From Escherichia phage NC35, in sequence record NC_007820.1: a stretch of 6,039 bases of DNA; one strand, given 5' to 3'. Both the position numbers and the translations under genes were made by a program. The notes below the pieces were generated by a model, which made no database searches, was not told the origin of the DNA, and saw only the letters and a program-made list of their open reading frames with translations. This document shows positions 1-5,061 of this stretch, piece after piece; position 1 is the first letter of the stretch; every line of letters begins with the position of its first letter.

Positions 1-26
1 TTGTTGACATTCCCTGAACCCTTATG

Positions 27-64
27 AGACTCTTGCTTCAACGAAACGAAGTAGGAGTCTTTTT
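27..64 (+). terminator. Hairpin (about 12 bp stem, 28-39 pairing with 48-59, two G-U pairs, 8-nt loop) followed by TTTTT; possible intrinsic terminator downstream of gene H on the circular genome. Its right arm contains the Shine-Dalgarno of ORF 65..433.
   Basis: Seen in sequence: GACTCTTGCTTC (28-39) is complementary to GAAGTAGGAGTC (48-59), followed by a T-run at 60-64. By analogy, phiX174 has a terminator after H. Stability not computed. Confidence 0.4.
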
Positions 65-433
65 ATGAAACCAGCTCATCGCCTTTATCATCCTGTTCTC
101 GGTTCTTGGCTGTTCAAGTGCCCTGTTTATATCCGTTATGAGCATCTTCATCATGGTCGTCTTATCAAGGTTCGTGCTGTTCGTGACCTTTCTCCGCGTC
201 AGCAGTTGATTGCTAACCCTAAAAATTGCTTTGACGTTGTCATTGCTGAGATTGATGTTACTCACCTTTCTGTTACTTTGTACGATTTTGAAGCTGAGGA
301 GTATGCTGAGTGTGATTCCGGTACTATGGAGCTTCTTCTTTCTCAGGTAAATTCTGGCGAGGTTATTCGCTCCTCCGAAGACCTGTTTGTTGATGTTGAC
401 GATATGGATTGGCTTTATGAAATTGCGGAGTAA
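65..433 (+). CDS. Hypothetical protein, 122 aa, with a basic N-terminal half and a strongly acidic C-terminal half; not part of the canonical phiX174 gene set.
   Basis: ATG at 65 preceded by AGGAG (53-57) with 7-nt spacing; stop TAA 431-433. Third codon positions are T-rich, as in the known phage genes here. Same strand as all other genes. No recognisable similarity to phiX174 proteins by eye. Confidence 0.5.
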   Translation: MKPAHRLYHPVLGSWLFKCPVYIRYEHLHHGRLIKVRAVRDLSPRQQLIANPKNCFDVVIAEIDVTHLSVTLYDFEAEEYAECDSGTMELLLSQVNSGEVIRSSEDLFVDVDDMDWLYEIAE

Positions 434-436
434 ATT

Positions 437-526
437 ATGGAAACTGTTATCGGAAAACTTATTGCTCTGGCTGTTGTTGCTCTTATGCTGTATGGAATTG
501 CCCGTTTGATTTGGAGGTTTCCGTGA
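437..526 (+). CDS. Small hydrophobic peptide, 29 aa (METVIGKLIALAVVALMLYGIARLIWRFP), possibly a single-pass membrane peptide.
   Basis: ATG at 437 with GGAG (427-430) 6 nt upstream, starting 3 nt after the ORF1 stop. Hydrophobic core flanked by K and R/W residues; T-rich third codon positions. Below the length cut-off of the supplied ORF track, so translated by hand. Confidence 0.35.
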   Translation: METVIGKLIALAVVALMLYGIARLIWRFP

Positions 527-699
527 AATATTTTAGTTTGGTAGATGAACATTATGCTTACTGCCCTGATACAAGGATTTTGCACATCACTCGTAGTCGT
601 GTTTCTGACCCTCGCTATGAGCGTCGCTTTCTTACTGATGAGGAGCATTTTGCACTTTTGGATTGGTTGAAAAATCGTCCAATATACATCAATTCTTGA
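523..699 (+). CDS. Hypothetical protein, 58 aa, GTG start overlapping the stop of the preceding small ORF (GTGA).
   Basis: GGAGG (513-517) lies 5 nt upstream of GTG 523; GTG 523-525 overlaps TGA 524-526 of ORF 437..526, suggesting translational coupling. Phage-like codon bias. The ORF track gives 511..699 from a TTG start with no Shine-Dalgarno; I prefer the GTG start. Confidence 0.35.
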   Translation: MKYFSLVDEHYAYCPDTRILHITRSRVSDPRYERRFLTDEEHFALLDWLKNRPIYINS

Positions 700-729
700 C
701 AGATAGTTTTACTACGAGGACTTTTTCGT

Positions 730-2214
730 ATGGCTACTGAAGTTTTCTCTGATGTTGTTAAGACCGTCTGGTCCCACGCTACGGCTAAGCATGCCCATCT
801 TCGTATGGCTGTTCAGGTTGATAACCGCAGTCGCCTTCTTTCTGACCTTGTTTATCAGTTGGAAAAACGCCTTTCTGAAGAGACTCATTTAGATGATGAG
901 ACTCTTGCTGTTTATGAATCTCAGACCGCTCTTCTGGAAGACCATATGGCTCTGGTTCGGAAGTGTGCTGCCCAACTTGATAATAGTAACACTATAGACC
1001 ACCGTACCCCTTTGGATGCCGAATGTGTTTTCCTGTTTGAAATGATTTGCCCAGGTGTTCGCTACGGTAAAACGTTGAATTCTCTTTGGTCTAAGTATGT
1101 TGCTCAATGGCCTGAGAAGTTAATTCGTCAAGAGTTAGACATGGTTAAGCCTTTATCCTTTAAGGATGAGGTTGCTAAGTACATGGAGAAGATGCAGGAA
1201 AAAACACGTAAAAATCGCATGACTCAAAAAGTAATTAATGATATGCGTATTGCTCACCAAAAGGGCTGGTTTTTCGTATTTGATACGTTGACACTTGCTG
1301 ATGACCGTTTGCAGGCATTTAATGAAAACCCCAATGCTCTTCGTGATTATTTCAGGACTGTTGGTCGAGCTGTTCTGCGCGCTGAAGGTCGTTCGGTTAA
1401 GGATTCCTACAACGACTGCTATCGCTATCTTTGTGTGCCGGAGTTTGGAGGTCAGCACGGTCGTCTTCATTGGCACGTTGTGCATATGGTGCGGACTCTT
1501 CCTTTGGGAAGTCACGACCCTAATTTCGGTCGCAAGGTACGTAATTATCGCCAGATTAACTCGTTCCGTGGCATGTGGCCTTATGGCTTCACGCAACCGA
1601 TAGCTGTACGCTATCAACATGATGCTTATTCTCGCAAAGGTTGGTTGTGGCCTGTTGACAAATCAGGTAAAGCAATGCAGAGTAAGCCCTATCAGGCGGT
1701 CGCATGGTATGTGACCAAGTATGTAGCCAAGCAATCTGACCAGCGTCAGAAAGCTATTACTGAGAGACAAAAAAAATGCAAGAATCCACTTATGGCAATC
1801 TGTCTGAAAAAGGAATTCAGAGTTCGCAGCAGCCGGAAGCTCGGAATGGAGTTACCTTCGATGGCGCATCTCAGCAACAAAGTGCTTCTGGAACTGAGCC
1901 GAATCAGCTTCGATTCCAGTCCTCTGTATCAGATAGTGAAAGAGAACGCCAAAAAGCAATTGACCTTGAACATCGGCGCACTGCCTTTGCACGTCATTTT
2001 GGATGTGCGCCCGGAAGTGAGAAGTATGTTGAAAAATATCCGTCGTTTGATGAAAAAGACACCCGAGTTCAATTGGCAGAGTTCTATCGCTTCAATGACG
2101 GTCACCTTAAAAAATGGGGATATTTCTGATGAAGCACGTCAATACATTATTGATGCAGGAATTACGCCTTTTGATTTGCGAGCTAAAGCGACTCAAACTT
2201 TCGGCGGTAAGTGA
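730..2214 (+). CDS. A: Replication initiation protein A (rolling-circle HUH endonuclease), 494 aa.
   Basis: Clear similarity to phiX174 protein A across the conserved core (FVFDTLTLADDRL, NPNALRDYFR, GRLHWHVVH HUH-type motif, YVTKYVAK two-tyrosine active-site motif, C-terminal DISDE...AGIT...GGK). GAGGA (716-720) precedes ATG 730. An in-frame stop at 697-699 rules out a longer N-terminus. Confidence 0.95.
   Translation: MATEVFSDVVKTVWSHATAKHAHLRMAVQVDNRSRLLSDLVYQLEKRLSEETHLDDETLAVYESQTALLEDHMALVRKCAAQLDNSNTIDHRTPLDAECVFLFEMICPGVRYGKTLNSLWSKYVAQWPEKLIRQELDMVKPLSFKDEVAKYMEKMQEKTRKNRMTQKVINDMRIAHQKGWFFVFDTLTLADDRLQAFNENPNALRDYFRTVGRAVLRAEGRSVKDSYNDCYRYLCVPEFGGQHGRLHWHVVHMVRTLPLGSHDPNFGRKVRNYRQINSFRGMWPYGFTQPIAVRYQHDAYSRKGWLWPVDKSGKAMQSKPYQAVAWYVTKYVAKQSDQRQKAITERQKKCKNPLMAICLKKEFRVRSSRKLGMELPSMAHLSNKVLLELSRISFDSSPLYQIVKENAKKQLTLNIGALPLHVILDVRPEVRSMLKNIRRLMKKTPEFNWQSSIASMTVTLKNGDISDEARQYIIDAGITPFDLRAKATQTFGGK
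973..1002 (+). other. Viral (+) strand origin of rolling-circle replication, a 30-nt conserved element inside gene A; predicted nick between G979 and A980.
   Basis: CAACTTGATAATAGTAACACTATAGACCAC matches the phiX174 origin 30-mer (CAACTTG/ATATTAATAACACTATAGACCAC, recalled from memory) at 27 of 30 positions, in the equivalent place within A (encoding ...LDNSNTIDHR...). Confidence 0.85.
1219..2214 (+). CDS. A*: A* protein, an in-frame internal restart of gene A (332 aa), inferred by homology to phiX174.
   Basis: Internal ATG at 1219 corresponds to the phiX174 A* initiator position just upstream of the conserved HADGW/HQKGW segment. No strong Shine-Dalgarno seen; call rests on synteny only. Confidence 0.45.
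   Translation: MTQKVINDMRIAHQKGWFFVFDTLTLADDRLQAFNENPNALRDYFRTVGRAVLRAEGRSVKDSYNDCYRYLCVPEFGGQHGRLHWHVVHMVRTLPLGSHDPNFGRKVRNYRQINSFRGMWPYGFTQPIAVRYQHDAYSRKGWLWPVDKSGKAMQSKPYQAVAWYVTKYVAKQSDQRQKAITERQKKCKNPLMAICLKKEFRVRSSRKLGMELPSMAHLSNKVLLELSRISFDSSPLYQIVKENAKKQLTLNIGALPLHVILDVRPEVRSMLKNIRRLMKKTPEFNWQSSIASMTVTLKNGDISDEARQYIIDAGITPFDLRAKATQTFGGK
1776..2129 (+). CDS. B: Internal scaffolding protein B, 117 aa, encoded within gene A in a different frame.
   Basis: C-terminal similarity to phiX174 B (AEFYRF...GYF terminus), acidic and Gln-rich N-terminal half, nested in A as in phiX174. Confidence 0.9.
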   Translation: MQESTYGNLSEKGIQSSQQPEARNGVTFDGASQQQSASGTEPNQLRFQSSVSDSERERQKAIDLEHRRTAFARHFGCAPGSEKYVEKYPSFDEKDTRVQLAEFYRFNDGHLKKWGYF

Positions 2215-2290
2215 TCCGGATTTTTCTCAGGAGGAGATTCATGCTGAGCTCGACTCGTTACTACGCAAGTTATCGCGCTACTTTGACTAA
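2129..2290 (+). CDS. K: Protein K, 53 aa (MKHVNTLLMQELRLLICELKRLKLSAVSDPDFSQEEIHAELDSLLRKLSRYFD), overlapping the end of A and the start of C.
   Basis: ATG 2129-2131 overlaps the B stop TGA 2127-2129 (TGATG), the same arrangement as phiX174 B/K. Leu-rich N-terminus resembles phiX174 K (IKQELLLLVYELNRSGLL). Translated by hand; below the ORF-track cut-off. Confidence 0.7.
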   Translation: MKHVNTLLMQELRLLICELKRLKLSAVSDPDFSQEEIHAELDSLLRKLSRYFD

Positions 2291-2447
2291 GCAGCTGATG
2301 TTTTTGACTAAAGCTGACTTTACTGATGATGATGAAAAATGGCTTAATGCCTTTGGTAATTTGCTCCGTCAGTGGTTTCAGATTGAGGATTGGAAAGGTA
2401 ATCATAAAAAATTGCTTGACGATTTAAAAAAACGTGATTACATTTGA
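2241..2447 (+). CDS. C: Protein C (DNA maturation/packaging), 68 aa from the ATG start; an alternative GTG start at 2211 overlaps the A stop.
   Basis: Similarity to phiX174 C (YASYRATLT...DDDEKWLNAFGNLLRQWF versus YFATFRHQLT...DEEKWLNMLGTFVKDWF). Strong AGGAGG (2229-2234) 6 nt upstream of ATG 2241. GTG 2211 (GTGA with the A stop) would mimic the phiX174 ATGA overlap, but lacks a good Shine-Dalgarno. Confidence 0.8.
   Translation: MLSSTRYYASYRATLTKQLMFLTKADFTDDDEKWLNAFGNLLRQWFQIEDWKGNHKKLLDDLKKRDYI
2416..2444 (+). promoter_or_regulatory. Candidate sigma70-type promoter upstream of D (TTGACG -35, 17-nt spacer, TACATT -10).
   Basis: TTGACG at 2416-2421 and TACATT at 2439-2444; location in the 3' end of C is consistent with the phiX174 D promoter position. 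Motif match only. Confidence 0.2.
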
Positions 2448-2490
2448 ACTGTTTCAAGGTTTCTTACCCATTAAATGTTAGGAGAATGTT

Positions 2491-2949
2491 ATGTCTAATC
2501 TTGTTGCTACTGATGTTAACTTTGCTACTTCTGTTGCTGCTCTGAAGATGCTTCAGGCTTCTGCTGTTCTGGATATTACCGAGGAGGATTTTGATTTCCT
2601 GACTGGTGATAAAATTTGGATTGCTACTGACCGCAACCGTGCGCGTCGCTGTGTTGAGGCTTGTGTCTATGGAACGCTGGACTTTGTGGGATACCCTCGC
2701 TTTCCTGCTCCTGTTGAGTTTATTGCTGCCGTCATTGCTTATTATGTTCATCCCGTCAACATTCAGACGGCCTGCCTCATCATGGAAGGCGCTGAGTTTA
2801 CGGAAAACATTGTTAATGGCGTCGAGCGTCCGGTTAAAGCCGCTGAGCTCTTCGCGTACACCTTGCGTGTTAAGGCCGGATTCAAAGAAACGGTTCTGAG
2901 CGCTGAAGAGAATGCTCGCCAGAAACTTCGTGCAAGTGGAGTAATGTAA
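2491..2949 (+). CDS. D: External scaffolding protein D, 152 aa.
   Basis: Near-identity to phiX174 D over most of its length (for example CVEACVYGTLDFVGYPRFPAPVEFIAAVIAYYVHPVNIQTACLIMEGAEFTEN). AGGAG (2480-2484) 6 nt upstream of the ATG. Confidence 0.96.
   Translation: MSNLVATDVNFATSVAALKMLQASAVLDITEEDFDFLTGDKIWIATDRNRARRCVEACVYGTLDFVGYPRFPAPVEFIAAVIAYYVHPVNIQTACLIMEGAEFTENIVNGVERPVKAAELFAYTLRVKAGFKETVLSAEENARQKLRASGVM
2669..2899 (+). CDS. E: Lysis protein E, 76 aa, encoded within D in the +1 frame.
   Basis: MERWTLWDTLAFLLLLSLLLPSLLIMFIPSTF matches the phiX174 E N-terminal transmembrane domain (MVRWTLWDTLAFLLLLSLLLPSLLIMFIPSTF). The start is taken at the Met aligning with phiX174 E, not the upstream ORF-track start at 2606. 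Confidence 0.8.
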   Translation: MERWTLWDTLAFLLLLSLLLPSLLIMFIPSTFRRPASSWKALSLRKTLLMASSVRLKPLSSSRTPCVLRPDSKKRF

Positions 2950-2950
2950 T

Positions 2951-3025
2951 ATGAAGAAAGCTCGTCGTTCTCCTTCTCGTAAGAAAGGTGCCCGTCTCTG
3001 GTATGTAGGCGGTTCTCAATTTTAA
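2951..3025 (+). CDS. J: DNA-binding (packaging) protein J, 24 aa (MKKARRSPSRKKGARLWYVGGSQF).
   Basis: Highly basic peptide whose C-terminus matches phiX174 J (KGARLWYVGG-QF). Starts 1 nt after the D stop (TAATATG). The short length is typical of alpha3-like or G4-like phages, not phiX174 (38 aa). Confidence 0.85.
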   Translation: MKKARRSPSRKKGARLWYVGGSQF

Positions 3026-3030
3026 TTGAT

Positions 3031-3044
3031 GGGGCTTCGGCCCC
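3031..3044 (+). terminator. J-F intergenic hairpin GGGGC(UUCG)GCCCC; likely terminator or mRNA-stabilising stem-loop.
   Basis: Perfect 5-bp G/C stem closing a C(UUCG)G tetraloop, immediately followed by TATAAGGAT (the F Shine-Dalgarno). phiX174 has a J-F intergenic hairpin at the equivalent position. Confidence 0.5.
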
Positions 3045-3059
3045 TATAAGGATTTTTAA

Positions 3060-4343
3060 ATGTCAAATGTACAAACTTCCGCTGAGCGTATCCCTCATGA
3101 CCTGTCTCATCTGGTTTTTGATGCAGGCAAAATTGGTCGTTTAAAAGTTGTTTCTTGGACTCCTGTTGTTGCAGGTGATTCTTTTGAGCTTGATATGATT
3201 GGCGCTATTCGCCTCTCCCCGCTTCGTCGTGGTCTTGCTGTTGACTCTCGCGTTGACTTGTTCACGTTTTATGTTCCTCATCGTCATGTATATGGTGAGC
3301 AGTGGATTGAGTTTATGAAGCAAGGTGTTGATGCTGCTCCTCTGGCTCCTGTTCAGTGCTCTCGTGGTTGGGATAGTGCGCAGTATCTCGCTACTATTCC
3401 GTCTAGTAACTTAAAGGTTCCTAAGTTCCTTCATCAAGGTTACCTGAACATTTATAATAACTATTTTAAAGCTCCGTGGATGGATGACTTGACTTATGCT
3501 AACCCGTCCAATATGAAAGGTGAAGACGTTCGTTTTGGTGTTCGTGCATGTAACTTGAAAACTATTTGGACCGCTCCGCTTCCTCCGGACACTGAAACCT
3601 CTCATTCTATGGAGACTGAGTCTAACTCCATTGACATTATGGGTTTGCAAGCCGCTTATGCTCAATTACATACTGAGCAGGAGCGTGATTACTTCATGAC
3701 TCGTTATCGTGATATTGTTAATGAATTTGGTGGTAGTACTTCTTATGATGCGGATAATCGTCCTTTGCTTGTTATGCATTCTGAGTTCTGGGCCTCAGGC
3801 TATGACGTCGACGGCACCGACCAAAGCTCTCTCGGTCAGTTCTCCGGTCGTGTCCAGCAGACGTTTAAGCATTCAGTACCGCGATTCTTCTGTCCTGAGC
3901 ATGGCACTATGTTCACACTCGTATTGGTCCGCTTCCCGCCGACTCATGAAATGGAGATGCATTACTTAGTTGGTAAAGAAGATTTGACTTATACTGATTT
4001 GGCTTGTGACCCGGCTTTGATGGCTAACTTGCCTCCGCGTGAGGTTAATATGTCTCAGTTCTTCCATTCTGGAAGTGCTAGTGCTAAGTTTAAAATTGCT
4101 GAAGGCCAGTGGTATCGCATGCAGCCTGACCGTGTTGCGCTGCCGTATAACTATCTTGATGGTTTTCCGTTCTATAGTGCGATTCCGTCTGATGATATTA
4201 AGCAGCGTGTTCTGGTTAATACTGATAACTACGATGAGGTTTTCCAGTCTATGCAGCTTGCTCACTGGAATATGCAGACCAAGTTCAACTGCACGATTTA
4301 TCGTAATATGCCGACTACTCGTGATTCTATTATGACCTCTTGA
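3060..4343 (+). CDS. F: Major capsid protein F, 427 aa.
   Basis: Extensive similarity to phiX174 F from MSN-QT-AER-PHDLSH through the C-terminal NLPTTRDSIMTS; same length as phiX174 F. AAGGA (3048-3052) upstream of the ATG. Confidence 0.97.
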   Translation: MSNVQTSAERIPHDLSHLVFDAGKIGRLKVVSWTPVVAGDSFELDMIGAIRLSPLRRGLAVDSRVDLFTFYVPHRHVYGEQWIEFMKQGVDAAPLAPVQCSRGWDSAQYLATIPSSNLKVPKFLHQGYLNIYNNYFKAPWMDDLTYANPSNMKGEDVRFGVRACNLKTIWTAPLPPDTETSHSMETESNSIDIMGLQAAYAQLHTEQERDYFMTRYRDIVNEFGGSTSYDADNRPLLVMHSEFWASGYDVDGTDQSSLGQFSGRVQQTFKHSVPRFFCPEHGTMFTLVLVRFPPTHEMEMHYLVGKEDLTYTDLACDPALMANLPPREVNMSQFFHSGSASAKFKIAEGQWYRMQPDRVALPYNYLDGFPFYSAIPSDDIKQRVLVNTDNYDEVFQSMQLAHWNMQTKFNCTIYRNMPTTRDSIMTS

Positions 4344-4349
4344 TTATGT

Positions 4350-4363
4350 GGGGCTTCGGCCCC
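4350..4363 (+). terminator. F-G intergenic hairpin GGGGC(UUCG)GCCCC, identical to the J-F hairpin.
   Basis: Same 14-nt stem-loop as at 3031-3044, again followed by TTAAGGAT (the G Shine-Dalgarno). Confidence 0.5.
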
Positions 4364-4380
4364 CTTTAAGGATATTGATT

Positions 4381-4926
4381 ATGTTTCAAGTTTATGTTTC
4401 TAAGCATGTTTCTCCGTTCACCTCTATGAATCGTGCTTTTGGTATTACTCCTTCTAGCAATCCGACTGTTGTTAACTCTGGTGAAATTCAGGCTGGTCGT
4501 TCTACTTTTCGTATTGCCTCTTCCATTGGTGCCGCTTCCAATGGTCAAGGTTTTGCGTTTGTTCAAATGATGGACCCTTATTCTCCTGATAATCAGCAGG
4601 TTTTTTCTGTTGCTGCTTCCCTGTCTTTTAGTGTTGATTCGAACTATGTTCCTTGCGTTATTCGTTTTGAGACTGCTAGCACGCAGCCGACTAATATCGA
4701 TGTTTCTACTGCTGACTTTATTCCGCTTGAGTCTTCTGCTCTCTCTGCTCGTGCTCTCAGTGTTCGTGATTGTGTTACCGTTGATGTTAAGCCTCGCATT
4801 GAAGGTAATAACGTTTTCGTTGGTGTGGTTTTCTGTTCTGCTGGAGCTAGTGCTGGTAATGTCACTGGTGCTGTTTCGATGGCTCAGGTTGACCATGAAG
4901 TTACAGCTTTGCAGCCTCTTAAATAA
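4381..4926 (+). CDS. G: Major spike protein G, 181 aa.
   Basis: N-terminus MFQ(V/T)(Y/F)(V/I)S(K/R)H and C-terminus ...TALQPLK match phiX174 G (MFQTFISRH...ICLQPLK), plus the central RFE(T/S) and DCVT(V/I)DV motifs. ATG 4381 with AAGGA (4368-4372) upstream; the ORF-track start at 4348 is a GTG inside the hairpin and is rejected. Confidence 0.95.
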   Translation: MFQVYVSKHVSPFTSMNRAFGITPSSNPTVVNSGEIQAGRSTFRIASSIGAASNGQGFAFVQMMDPYSPDNQQVFSVAASLSFSVDSNYVPCVIRFETASTQPTNIDVSTADFIPLESSALSARALSVRDCVTVDVKPRIEGNNVFVGVVFCSAGASAGNVTGAVSMAQVDHEVTALQPLK

Positions 4927-5061
4927 AAGGCCGCCGCACTCCCGGTTATATGCCTGCCCAGTGTAGGGCGGACCGAGCCGTACGGAGATACCCGATAAAC
5001 TAGGAACGTGGAAGGCGCAAGCCGCCTTCCATCCTGCTAAGCCTAAAGGAGACTTTCAGCT
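4927..5061 (+). other. Structured, GC-rich G-H intergenic region (135 nt) with at least two hairpins and an 8-bp palindrome; candidate complementary (-) strand origin or primase recognition site.
   Basis: Hairpins at about 4954-4971 (CTGCCC / GGGCGG, 6-nt loop) and 5009-5031 (GGAAGGCG / CGCCTTCC, 5-nt loop), a CCGTACGG palindrome at 4978-4985, and CTG at 5034-5036 just 3' of the second hairpin. G4-type phages place a DnaG-dependent origin in an untranslated hairpin-rich region. Confidence 0.4.

Noticed and set aside
4-701. Two perfect TTGACA hexamers (4..9 and 696..701) as possible -35 promoter elements for ORF1 and gene A.
   Set aside because: No acceptable -10 hexamer at 16 to 18 nt spacing downstream of either. 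For 696..701 the implied transcription start would fall at or beyond the A start codon. Hexamer matches alone are not sufficient.
523-2214. ORF3 and gene A are in the same reading frame, separated by a single TGA (697-699) and 10 sense codons, raising the idea of a readthrough-extended A protein.
   Set aside because: Same-frame coincidence has a 1 in 3 chance. A has its own GAGGA ribosome-binding site and ATG, and there is no recognisable readthrough context or structure. Left as coincidence unless related genomes conserve the frame relationship.
4348-4380. N-terminal extension of G from the GTG at 4348 (MGLRPPLRILI...), as given in the ORF track.
   Set aside because: The GTG lies inside the intergenic UUCG hairpin; the homologous G N-terminus (MFQ...) begins at ATG 4381, which has its own AAGGA ribosome-binding site.
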